19,793 bases of DNA from Candidatus Bathyarchaeota archaeon. Lineage in GTDB: Archaea; Thermoproteota; Bathyarchaeia; Bathyarchaeales; Bathycorpusculaceae. The DNA lies in contig CAVZJV010000004.1 of assembly GCA_963775685.1 (NCBI GenBank), forward strand, positions 1 through 19,793. The letters run 5' to 3'. How positions within the stretch are numbered: position 1 is the stretch's first letter; every line of letters begins with the position of its first letter. The position numbers and the translations under genes are program-made. The notes under the pieces are model-generated. The model was not told the origin of the DNA. It ran no database searches and was given only the letters and a program-made list of their open reading frames with translations. Positions 1-9,500 of the stretch are shown here, piece after piece.

Positions 1-18
1 CTCACCACGATAATCTAG

Positions 19-38
19 GCCCCTGTTTAAATAGGGGC
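19..38. repeat. 20-bp near-perfect palindrome GCCCCTGTTTAAATAGGGGC directly after the integrase stop (candidate att or recombinase-binding site, or terminator hairpin)
   Basis: 9 of 10 positions pair around a central TTTAAA, with one G-T mismatch (25/32). It abuts the integrase TAG at 38-40. Confidence 0.55.
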
Positions 39-1264
39 TACTTACGCTTCCTGAACAACTTTGTGTCTCCAAAATCGCAAACATACTCAAAACCTGCTTC
101 AACAAGCTTTTGAGCATCTTGAACTGTTTTAGCGGTGGCTGAATGGAAATCGTCGTTCTCAAAGCTTATGAGCTGAGTGTATAGCAGCGTATTTTGGATG
201 TTTTTGTGGCCGAGTATTTTCATGACATGTAAGATGTCCTTGGTTTTGGCGTATTCCATGGTTGCTTTCCAGTGTCTAAGCGTGTGGAAGTGGATTTTGC
301 GTATGCGGTCATTTTTGAGTTTGGTGGCGATTTTGTTTCTTTGTATTCTGAAGGTTCTAGTGAAGTGTCGGGGAGAGCAGGCGAAAGGTTTGGTTTTTTC
401 TTGGGGTAGGCTGTTTAGCATTGCGAGTAGGCGTACCGAGATTTTTAGTTGGCGTGGTTCGCTTCCTTTTTCTGGTGTTATGTTAACGGTTCTGTTTTCT
501 AGGTCAAAGTCGATCCATTGAAGCATGAAGGCTTCTCCGCAGCGCATGCCTGTCTCTTTGAGTAGTTGGAGGAAGGTTGCGGTTTTTTTGTTGCATCCGG
601 CGATTAAGTTGTTTACTTCATCTTCGGTTGGAATGAAGGGCAATTTTCTGGCTGATTGGTATTTTGGGGGGTTCCAGGTTTTTCCTTGCATTTTTAGGAA
701 GCACGAGTAGGTTTCTACTGCGATTTTTTTGGTCTTCGCGGTCCATGTTTGTTGTTTAGCGATTGCTTCTTTGACTGATTCTGGGTCTTGGAGGTTGGCG
801 CCTTTGTTTACTATTGTTCTTAAGAGGCGTATTCTTCGGGTGATAGTTGATTCGGCGTATCCTTCTTTTTGCATCCAAAAGGCGTGTTCGACGATTTTGC
901 CTTTTACTTCTGCTTCATTTCTACGCAGAACTACGGTTTTTTGAGGTTCTGCTTCCAAATTTTTCGTCTCCTTGACGCATATTTGGCTGGTATTAACTAT
1001 GTTGGCTTGGCTTTTTAATGACTTCGATTCAACTGTTTCAACAACTTTGAAGTTTTCAAATTCTTTTTTGGCGCTCTCTAAGTCAGTGGGATCTGAGAAT
1101 CTTCGTCCGCAGTCTCTGCAGTACCATCGTTGAATTTCATAGCCGAAGCTGTTTTGTCGTTTAGCATCTTTCCAGACTCTTTCGGATTTGCATTGAGGGC
1201 ATCGCGGATTTATACTCGTTGAGCTAATGCAAGGAGAGCAAGAAAGCAGTATTTGATTTTCCAA
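38..1264 (-). CDS. Tyrosine recombinase/integrase (XerC-like) with N-terminal Zn ribbon
   Basis: Catalytic set intact: GMRCGE (R), PEKGS (K), HTLRH (HxxR), LGH, LLYTQ (Y). N-terminal CPQC...WYCRDCGRRF. Start moved from 1309 to TTG at 1264, which follows GGAGG and lies 1 nt past the upstream stop. Confidence 0.92.
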   Translation of the reverse strand: MENQILLSCSPCISSTSINPRCPQCKSERVWKDAKRQNSFGYEIQRWYCRDCGRRFSDPTDLESAKKEFENFKVVETVESKSLKSQANIVNTSQICVKETKNLEAEPQKTVVLRRNEAEVKGKIVEHAFWMQKEGYAESTITRRIRLLRTIVNKGANLQDPESVKEAIAKQQTWTAKTKKIAVETYSCFLKMQGKTWNPPKYQSARKLPFIPTEDEVNNLIAGCNKKTATFLQLLKETGMRCGEAFMLQWIDFDLENRTVNITPEKGSEPRQLKISVRLLAMLNSLPQEKTKPFACSPRHFTRTFRIQRNKIATKLKNDRIRKIHFHTLRHWKATMEYAKTKDILHVMKILGHKNIQNTLLYTQLISFENDDFHSATAKTVQDAQKLVEAGFEYVCDFGDTKLFRKRK

Positions 1265-1265
1265 A

Positions 1266-2933
1266 CTAAGAAGCCTCCATTTCTTGGCTTTGGAGGTGCT
1301 CCAAGACACGGCTTCCGCAGTTAAAGCAGATTTTGGCGGTTGAGTGGTCGTAGAACTCTACGTTATATAGAATATCGAGGGGCTGTTGGTTACACATGGG
1401 GCAGAGTTGGTCAACGGCACGTTGGTCTAAGTCGAGGACATGGCAAACGACGACTTGGTCGAGGGAAAGCAACTTAGGAATTTGTAGTCGATTATTTTGT
1501 TTGTACGATTCCGACGATTGCGACGTTTCCGACGAATCCGACGATTGTAGCAAAGAAGTAGCTTTAGGTTTTAATTGGTAGTTTTCAGGGTCAAATCCGA
1601 AGCGTTCACATAGTAGTCGCAGTTTTTTTGTGTCCCAAGTGAAACCACGTTTTTTGCCAACTCTGCACCGTTCAAATCCTAAAGCCGCTATTTTTGAGGT
1701 TAACGTTTTCCCAAATAACTGTTCTTTTTGTGTGCGCTCAAAATTGAAGGCGTTTTCTATATATTCGTTAGCAACTGCACCGTTTTCTACATGGTCACTA
1801 GCTGTGATTATAGCAAGCAGTATTTCCGATTCAATGCTTGTGTTTTCTTCTGTTTTCTGTTGACTTGAAACTGCCTTCGCATAATCTACGATGATTTTCT
1901 TTTCGGCTTCATCTGCTACTGCACAGAGGGGCATGAAGATTTCTACGACTCGTGCATTTTTTATGGCTCTGAGTTCTTCTGGAATGTCAAGGGTGGCTTT
2001 GGTTTTTGCGTCGTATTCGTCGTAATCGTCGAATTCGTCGTATTCGTCGTCGAAGGTAGCGTTAACGGTTTGTTGGTTTTGAATAGTATTGCCAAGTAGA
2101 GTTTCAAAACGCCACTGTAGAAGTCTATTTCGTATTGTCTGTGCTGCTTTATCGTTCAGTACTATGTCGAGTTGTCGAGTGTTCTTTGCCATGGTTATGA
2201 TTATGCTTCGACTTTCGAGTGTGGCTTTGAGTGCTTCTGTGCCTGCTATGCCTTTGAATCCGAAAACGTGGAAGGATTTTATCTCTTGGTTGTCGCCTTG
2301 ACATCTTTCTATGATTGCGCTTCTGCGTTTGTATCCTGCGTTTAGGCATGCGATTACATCGACTTTTTCGTCTTGGTTGTAGACTTCGGCTTCGTCGAGG
2401 AATGGTACACAGTTGAATTTTTCGATGCTTCTAAAGAGTGCTGGTGCTGTGGCAGAGACGCTTATTTTTCCTCTACATGTGAGAACTTGGAGTGTTTCGA
2501 GACCTCTGGTTTTTCCTGAATTTTTGACGCCGACAAAGAAAACGTATGGTGCTGTTCCCCATTTTTCACTTATCCATGTTGCGAATACCCACGCGGTTAG
2601 AACTTCGTATAAGCGCTCATCTGGGAGCTCTACACTTCGCCAAATGAATCTTTTGATGAATCGCCAGAGTTTCTTTTTGTTTACAGGTTGTATTTGGGTT
2701 GGTGTGCATAAGTTCCAGTTTATTTCATCTTGTGATATGGGGGTGTATGCTGTGTTTGTTCCTTTTGGGATTATTTTTGCTGTTTGGCCGTTGTTGAGTA
2801 GGAATTGTTCGCCTTCGACTTGTTCAAAGATCACGCCTTTTTCGGGTAGCCATAAGCCTGGGGTTTGTACGTATATGGTGGTGTCTTCTTTGGCTTTTGT
2901 TTCTGCTCGTTTAAGATCAGCGATTATAGCCAT
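1266..2933 (-). CDS. P-loop AAA+ replicative helicase-like protein (DUF3631/MCM-SF3-like) with C-terminal Zn finger
   Basis: Walker A GVKNSGKT, Walker B FLDEAE, candidate Arg finger LESRSI, C-terminal CPMC...CFNC. GGAGG precedes the ATG, and the gene overlaps the primase stop. Confidence 0.75.
   Translation of the reverse strand: MAIIADLKRAETKAKEDTTIYVQTPGLWLPEKGVIFEQVEGEQFLLNNGQTAKIIPKGTNTAYTPISQDEINWNLCTPTQIQPVNKKKLWRFIKRFIWRSVELPDERLYEVLTAWVFATWISEKWGTAPYVFFVGVKNSGKTRGLETLQVLTCRGKISVSATAPALFRSIEKFNCVPFLDEAEVYNQDEKVDVIACLNAGYKRRSAIIERCQGDNQEIKSFHVFGFKGIAGTEALKATLESRSIIITMAKNTRQLDIVLNDKAAQTIRNRLLQWRFETLLGNTIQNQQTVNATFDDEYDEFDDYDEYDAKTKATLDIPEELRAIKNARVVEIFMPLCAVADEAEKKIIVDYAKAVSSQQKTEENTSIESEILLAIITASDHVENGAVANEYIENAFNFERTQKEQLFGKTLTSKIAALGFERCRVGKKRGFTWDTKKLRLLCERFGFDPENYQLKPKATSLLQSSDSSETSQSSESYKQNNRLQIPKLLSLDQVVVCHVLDLDQRAVDQLCPMCNQQPLDILYNVEFYDHSTAKICFNCGSRVLEHLQSQEMEAS
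1503..1547 (+). repeat. Tandem 9-bp repeat array A (CGACGAWTS-like, 5 units)
   Basis: Units gtacgattc cgacgattg cgacgtttc cgacgaatc cgacgattg; encodes QSSDSSETSQSSESY in the helicase. Confidence 0.85.
2009..2052 (-). repeat. Tandem 9-bp repeat array B (CGACGAWTW-like on minus strand, 5 cores), inverted relative to array A
   Basis: CGTCG cores at 2009, 2018, 2027, 2036 and 2045; encodes FDDEYDEFDDYDEYDA. Confidence 0.85.
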
Positions 2934-3982
2934 GGGGGAACCTCCACTTGCTTTGTTGTGCCTGTATGTTGGTTGATGGCTTTGATGACATCGTAGATGC
3001 CGCTGATGCCTTTGAGGTTGCCGATGTTTTTGCGGTGGCTGTATTGGTAATCAACTTTAGCTAAGAATTCTTGGCGGTCAAAGTCGCTTGTGGCTGTGCG
3101 GGTGCATAGTTCTGCAATGACGTTGCGGGTTGCTTCAATGGTTATACCTTTTTTGATGCACAAACCACAGAAGCTTATGACGAGTTCGTTGCGGTAGCCG
3201 TTTATCCAGTATTGCATTAGGAACTGGATGGTTTGCTCTTCATCTTTAGCGGTCAATGGCTTGGTGGTTGGGGGGTTTGGAGCAAATGACATCTGTACGT
3301 TTGTTTTAGTTTGCATCTCCATTATGGCGGTGTCGGCTTCGCTGAAACTTAAGCCATGTTTGTTTTCAAGTTCTTTAATGGGTAAGGGTTCGAATGTGTC
3401 GAGGTCGAGCATTCGGCTCCATTTGCGTTCCACTTGATGCTTTCCAAAGGGTAGCTTGACAAAGTTGCCGTAGGGTGTTTGCGGGGTTAGCGCATCCTGC
3501 TTGGGGAAGACTTCGATTTGTTTTGGGCTAAGGTTTGCCATTTCTAATATGCGAGTTCCCAGCCAGCGTGCTGCTTTTGCTTGCATCGGAATGAGGAATA
3601 ATAGCCAAATGTGGTATGATGGGTCAGGGTATCGTGAGGCTTCAAGGATTATGCAGTTAGGCCATGCGCTGGGTCTTTCGTTGCCTTCTTTGTCCGCGGT
3701 CTTGTGCAGAAGGATGCTTAGGATTGTTTTGGCTGCGGCTTTTGGGTCAATGTTTTTTTCTGGGTCTATGTCGAAGCAGAGGTATTTGACCAAGTTATTA
3801 AGGTCCAGTTGGTAGCTGCCCACTGTGATTTTGCCGTCTAAGTGTTGCTGTAATGTTTGGTCGGTTAAGGGTTGGGGTATTTTGCTGTAGCCTTGCTTTA
3901 GTTGGATACAGTAACAGTCGGAGCGGTTAACAAACAAGTCTTTGAGTATAGATAAGATGTCAGCAGTCATTGAGTAAACCAT
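2924..3982 (-). CDS. Archaeo-eukaryotic primase (AEP, TOTE-associated primase-like) with PriCT-like helical C-terminus
   Basis: Motifs HLDGKITVGSY, CFDID (DxD), SYHIW, IEVFPKQ, GNFVKLP. C-terminal GYRNELVISFCG resembles PriCT-1. The true start may be ATG 3970. Confidence 0.85.
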   Translation of the reverse strand: MVYSMTADILSILKDLFVNRSDCYCIQLKQGYSKIPQPLTDQTLQQHLDGKITVGSYQLDLNNLVKYLCFDIDPEKNIDPKAAAKTILSILLHKTADKEGNERPSAWPNCIILEASRYPDPSYHIWLLFLIPMQAKAARWLGTRILEMANLSPKQIEVFPKQDALTPQTPYGNFVKLPFGKHQVERKWSRMLDLDTFEPLPIKELENKHGLSFSEADTAIMEMQTKTNVQMSFAPNPPTTKPLTAKDEEQTIQFLMQYWINGYRNELVISFCGLCIKKGITIEATRNVIAELCTRTATSDFDRQEFLAKVDYQYSHRKNIGNLKGISGIYDVIKAINQHTGTTKQVEVPPWL

Positions 3983-4022
3983 CCGGTCTGTTTTTGCAGT
4001 TTATGCATTTTGCAGGGCACAT
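3960..4022 (-). CDS. Possible 20-aa Cys-rich peptide MCPAKCINCKNRPDGLLNDC
   Basis: Hand translation. Its stop overlaps the primase 5' end. The frame extends upstream to an ACG behind GAGGTGA. Confidence 0.3.
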   Translation of the reverse strand: MCPAKCINCKNRPDGLLNDC

Positions 4023-4062
4023 ATTGTTGGCACTCGCTTCATCGGTTCTGTGTTTGGAGGGT

Positions 4063-4272
4063 TTATTCGTCTGCTTTCACCTCTCTAACAATCTTTAGGT
4101 ATGCAACGTCTTGATGCTGGAAAATAAGTCTCGCTGAAGTTTCCTCAAGAATAAAACGTTTAATACGTTCGCTATCTGAGGAGGTTGCTTTGACAACTAT
4201 CCCAGTAAAAAACAGGTTCTCTGCTGGGTTGATAATGATCTGGTTTTTAGATGTTTTATCGTTTTTGTCCAT
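4063..4272 (-). CDS. Small hypothetical protein (69 aa) in the replication operon
   Basis: ATG start after AAGGA; co-oriented directly upstream of the primase. Confidence 0.6.
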   Translation of the reverse strand: MDKNDKTSKNQIIINPAENLFFTGIVVKATSSDSERIKRFILEETSARLIFQHQDVAYLKIVREVKADE

Positions 4273-4331
4273 TTATTAGTTCCTTGGAAACAAGGTTCCT
4301 GCACCCTTCGGTTTTAAGTCTAGAAAGTCAC

Positions 4332-4370
4332 GGGAAAAAGGGAACTAAAAAAAGATGGAAAAAGGAACTA
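4332..4370 (-). terminator. Oligo-T tracts (archaeal-type terminator) within a short direct repeat
   Basis: Minus strand TAGTTCCTTTTTCC-ATCTTTTTT-TAGTTCCCTTTTTCCC, 16 nt downstream of the stop at 4386. Confidence 0.4.
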
Positions 4371-4385
4371 TACTGCCGATAAAGC

Positions 4386-5106
4386 TTACTTTAAGGTCTG
4401 GTGCAGGGTTAAGATCGGGCAGTAGGTTGTACATTTCTCTTCACTAAGAGGGCATTTCTTATTGCAGAAAACTTGGAATTCATTGCTATTAATGACTGCT
4501 TCAAGATGGTTGGATGTTGTTACTTCTGGTTTCATAACAGTGTGCTCTTTACTGTTATCAATGCGTTGCCTTAGTAGGCTTATCTGAATGGCGTTTTTCG
4601 ATGGCGTTTGGGTTCGATATTTGTTGAAATTGATGTAAACTCCATACTTGCAACCCATCTCACAGCAATAAGCCCAAATCCCGTATTCCGTTAAGCAATA
4701 GATTATTTTTTCACTGCTATGCTGGATAACTGGGCATCGCCATTTTTCAAAAACGTTAAAACCAAAAAAAGAAACAGCCCCCATAATTTCTTTGGCAATC
4801 GTTAGTTGCTCCAAGGTAATTTTTCTTGTAAAATAAAAGTTCTCGTCATATCTATTGCCTAAACCAAGTTTACCGAGTTTGTATAAATAAATTTGAGCGA
4901 TTGGTATGTTAATGGAATAGGTTTTTTTCTTACCCCCATGAATACTTTTCAACAACTCCTTGCCGCTGAAGTCTTTTTAACGCTTCATAGAAAGTCTTTC
5001 TTTGCATCCCCGACTTTTTCAGGGCTTGAGTAAAACAAATACCTGGGTTGTCTACCATTGCATCTAAGACATGAAGTTCATTTTTTAATTTAAGGGTAAG
5101 TTTCAA
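4386..5106 (-). CDS. Winged-HTH regulator with Cys-rich C-terminus, split by one frameshift at the G5 run (4933-4937)
   Basis: Untracked ORF 4930-5106 (TTG after AGGAGAGG) reads MKLTLKLKNELHVLDAMVDNPGICFTQALKKSGMQRKTFYEALKRLQRQGVVEKYSWG, a wHTH pattern. Removing one G continues it as GKKKTYSIN... into ORF 4386-4955. Confidence 0.65.
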
Positions 5107-5314
5107 ATTGCCTCTCCTGCCTTATCTTTTAGTTAGTCTTAGAAACTATATGAAAACGAGTTACTGTTTTGGTTGCTCTCAGCTTGTTTGGCTGGTAACA
5201 GTTTTGGAAAATTGGTTCAGATTTTTCTGGAAGTTCGGTTCAACTTTACGAGTGAGATTAATCTTTTATTATCCTGCTGGGCGTAATCAATTTTGGTTAC
5301 GGTGTTGGTGCTGT

Positions 5315-5983
5315 ATGTTTAAGCCGCCAAAAAAGACACGTCAACAAAGGAGCAAGGCTCGTAGTAGTGCGCGTGGCTATTTCAATAAATTATCTGGTAT
5401 TATTGAGGAGACTTTTGATACAGTGGATAATCCTCGGAAAGAGTTTGCTTTGATGTTTAATGATCCTGATATGCTGCGGAAGGTTACAGAAGTTATTTGT
5501 CCTGTTGTTGCTGCGGGTGTGTCCAGTCAAATTTTAACGATTGGTAAACCGTTTCCTCAGTGCGTTTCTGACGATAGAGTGAATTCTGCTTATGACAATG
5601 TTAAGTCTCATCTTAAAAAGTCTGGCAAATGGGGTGTTACGGTTAGGAAGTTTCCAGACATAAAGCATATTGTTAAAGAAGTGTTGGAGCGTGAGCCAAC
5701 TGCGGAGCTTGATTTGGCTATAGATTTTGAAACTTTGCGTGACTACGACTTTTTGGAGGATTGGTTTGAGTGGTTGGAGTTTGAACGCAAGATTCCTCGG
5801 GATTATACTCGATGGGCGCTTAATCATGCGTTAGAGGAGTTGGAGGAGAAAGCAGAGTATTTAGGCAGGGCTGTTGTGCCGAAGTATGAATATGATCGAC
5901 TCCTAAGGCTTGATGCACGTTATGGAACGTTGGATAGAAAGTTGAATAAGAGGCAGAATAAAAGGCAGCTGAAGTCTAGGTAA
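5315..5983 (+). CDS. Hypothetical protein (about 222 aa), divergent from the wHTH gene
   Basis: ATG 5315 (MFKPPKK...) follows GGTG. The track's extension back to 5108 reads like non-coding sequence. No motif recognised. Confidence 0.65.
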   Translation: MFKPPKKTRQQRSKARSSARGYFNKLSGIIEETFDTVDNPRKEFALMFNDPDMLRKVTEVICPVVAAGVSSQILTIGKPFPQCVSDDRVNSAYDNVKSHLKKSGKWGVTVRKFPDIKHIVKEVLEREPTAELDLAIDFETLRDYDFLEDWFEWLEFERKIPRDYTRWALNHALEELEEKAEYLGRAVVPKYEYDRLLRLDARYGTLDRKLNKRQNKRQLKSR

Positions 5984-5985
5984 TA

Positions 5986-6410
5986 TTAAGTCTTTTTAGT
6001 TATGATTTCTATTTGCAACTTGTGTTGTAAAACTATTGCTGCTTGGTTAGCTTTGTTCTTGGTTTGTTTTAGTTCTTCCAGTATGCCGTTGAATTGTTCA
6101 AGCGCTGATTGCAGGGTTTTCCGCTATCTCCACAGCTAATACTTCTGGTGCGGGCAGGTTATCTGTATCCTCAAGGCTTTCGTCTTTAAGCCAAAAGATG
6201 TCCAAGTTAGCTTTATCCCTTTTGCATAAGATCGTTGTAAGTAATGGATTTGAAACGCTCATTATCTTTGCGTTCATGGCGGTTTTTTGGGTTATATCAG
6301 GCAATAAAATCTTCTAGGTCTTTATATGCCAGGGTGGTTGTTTTAAGCGTAAAGTGTTTGTTGGTGCGTAGGTCGTATATCCAAAGTTTGTCGGTTTGGG
6401 GTGTTTCGCT
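5986..6410 (-). pseudogene. hsdM: 3' relic of type I RM methyltransferase subunit
   Basis: Reconstructed LWIYDLRTNKHFTLKT...LEDFIA*YNPKNRHER...RDKANLDIFWLKDESLEDTDNLPAPEVLAVEIAENLQSALEQF, a typical HsdM C-terminus. TGA at 6297-6299, frameshifts near 6221 and 6115, 5' part absent. Confidence 0.8.
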
Positions 6411-6504
6411 GAATATGAAAAACGATTCAAACATAAAGTCAAAGTAAAATAAGCAAAGACGTTAAAAGCGTAGAAACCTCAATAATGATTCTCTAGGTGT
6501 ATCC

Positions 6505-9500
6505 GTGTTTCAGAAGTATATTAAAAAAATCTCCGATACGGCAAAACAAGGAGATGCCCGTGAAGAGAGTTACTATTCTACACTTGAAACATTAATAATC
6601 GATTTTGCAGAATCCATTGGCAAAAAGGATATTCGTGTCACTTCTCAACCCAAGAAAACAACCGCTGGAAATCCCGATTTCCGAGTATGGTCTGGGAAAC
6701 TGGACATAGTCGGATATATTGAGGCAAAAGTTCCTGAACAAGACTTATCTCCGATTGAGACAAGTGAGCAGGTAAAAAGGTACAATAAGACTTTCCCAAA
6801 CGTCATACTTACAAATTTTATAGAATTTCGATTCTATAGAAAGGGAGTCTGCATTGACACAGTAACAGTTTGCGACCTTTCAAGTCTTATTCAATCAAAG
6901 AAAAAGCCATTTTTTAGAAATGAAACCGAGTTTACAAGTCTTTTGTCCAAGTTCCTCTCTTTTTGTTTCCCAAGCATAACCTCTGGCAAAGACCTAGCAA
7001 TTGAACTAGCAAAGAGAACCCGCTATTTGCGGGATGAAGTCGTTGCTGAGGAACTAAGAGAAGGAAAAAGTGAGAATGCGGGAAAAATTCTTGGATTTTA
7101 TGAAGCATTCGAACGATTCCTAATCAAAGGATTGACAAAAGCACAATTTGCAGATTTGTATTCTCAAACGATAACTTACGGCCTATTTGCAGCAAGAATG
7201 CGCTCTGAAGGCGAGTTTAATCGGAAACTTGCAGTACATGATATTCCTCGGTCATTGGGTATTTTGAGGGAAATGTTTGATTTCATTTCACTTGGAGACT
7301 TACCTGTTCAAATGGAATGGGCTGTTGACGATATTTCATATGTTTTGGCTAAGGTACATGTGAAAAAACTGTTCTCAGATTTCTATCGAAAAAGAAAAGG
7401 AGAAGACCCTATCTTTCACTTTTATGAAACCTTCTTGGAAGAATACGACCCAGAAGAGCGCGAGCATAGAGGGGTCTATTATACTCCTACACCTGTTGTC
7501 AGTTACATTGTTCGTTCGCTCAACTTGATTTTGAAAGATAAGTTCGAATTGAAGGATGGATTGGCGGATGAAAGAGTAACGATATTAGACCCTGCGGCTG
7601 GCACACTTACCTTTATTGCAGAAGCTGTGAAGCAGGCAGTAGAAGAATTTGTATCTAGATATGGTGAAGGCGAACGAGAAGGGTTCATTAAAGAACATAT
7701 CATGAGGGACTTCTACGCTTTTGAACTAATGATTGCTCCCTACGCACTTGGGCATGTTAAAATATCATTTTTGTTGGAAGAACTAGGGCATAAATTAGAA
7801 CAAGATGAACGTATGAAGTTTTTCTTAACAAATACTTTAGATTTAGAAGATATTGAACAGACCTCCCTGCCTGGAATGGCTTCTTTGGCTGAAGAAAGCA
7901 AAAAAGCAGGTAAGGTGAAAAACGAAGTCCCAATTTGGATTATCCTAGGCAATCCTCCTTATTTTGGGATGTCATCGAACAAAGGAGAGTGGATCACAAA
8001 CCTAGTACATGAGTACAAATTTGTTGACGGAGAACCACTTGGTGAAAAAAACCCCAAATGGTTACTTGATGATTATGTCAAGTTTATCAGATTCGCTGAA
8101 TGGAAAATTAACCAAATGGGAAGGGGCGTCATAGGATTCATAACTAATCACAGTTACTTAGATAATCCAACTTTTAGGGGAATGCGTCAGCATCTAATGG
8201 AGAATTTTGACGAAATTATGGTTCTTAATCTTCATGGCAACACGCTAAAAGCGCCTACATCTCCAGATGGAAGCAAAGATGAAAATGTTTTTGGAGGCAT
8301 AATGCAAGGTGTGGCTATCTCTTTTTTTGTGAAGACTGGAAATAAAAAATCAGCATCAAGGGTATTTCATCATGAAAAATGGGGTACACGTGAGCAAAAA
8401 TATGAATGGCTCTTTTCAAATGACATGAGTACAACTCGTTGGACTGAGTTAACTCCTCATACGCCGTTTTACTTTTTTGTGCCGAAAAAAGAAAAGTATG
8501 AAAAACGCTATAATAAATTTTGGAAAGTTACAGACATTTTTAAGATCAACAGTGTTGGAATTGTCACTGCAAGAGACGGCTTAACTATTGCTTATACTGC
8601 AGATGAAGCATAGAAAACAGTGCAAGATTTCTCTTCATTGTCAATCGAAGAAGCAAGGACTAAATATGATTTAGGCGAAGATGCCCGCGATTGGAAAGTT
8701 TCTTATGCTCAAGAGGACTTGAAAAATACTGGACCAAACCAAAAAAGGATAGTTCCTATTCTCTATAGACCGTTTGACGTAAGGCACACGTACTATACAG
8801 GACATTCAAAGGGTTTCCACTGTATGCCACGACCAGAAGTAATGAACAACATGATGAAAGACAACATTGCATTAATTACCTCAAGATTAACAAAAGGAGA
8901 AAGCTTCAAACACGCTTTAGTTTCGAATACGATTTCAGAAGTGATTCTTCTCTCGCCTAAAACATCAAACAATGCTTTCGTTTTTCCGCTTTATACCTAC
9001 AGCGAAATGAAAGGCAAGTGTAAAAACATTAATTCTTATGTAATTAATGCGCTAGAAAAAGTATATGGTCAAAAAGTTTCTTCAAGAAGCATTTTTAACT
9101 ACATATACTCTATCCTTTATTCAAGCAAATATAGAAATAAATACGAAGAATTTTTAGAAAGTGACTTCCCAAGAATACCATTTACCACAAGTCTTCAAAT
9201 ATTCAGTACTTTAGGGGAACTAGGACAAAACCTTGTAGATTTGCATCTTATGAAAGATGAGGCTTTGAGCAAATCGAAAACTAAATTTCAAGGGCATGGT
9301 GAGCACACGGTTAAGAAACCTTTCTACGTCAGCGAGACAGAGAGGATTTACATAAACGAGACTCGATATTTTGAGGGCATCGAAAGAAAGGTGTGGGAAT
9401 ATCAAATCGGTGGATACCAAGTTCTATCTAAATGGCTGAAATATCGAATACGAAGGGTCCTCTCCTTGAGCGATGTTAAACACTTTTGCAGAATTGTTGA

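Noticed and set aside
1-37. tRNA 3' end as integration site
   Set aside because: No T-arm (GTTCRA) or acceptor-stem pattern on either strand within the available bases.
1503-2052. CRISPR array
   Set aside because: The repeats have a 9-bp period with no spacers, and there are no cas genes.
177-3815. Plus-strand ORFs antisense to the integrase, helicase and primase (e.g. 177-521, 2413-2976, 3501-3815), and 12220-12525 antisense to the PT tract
   Set aside because: Shadow ORFs caused by strand-biased codon usage of the real genes; no motifs.
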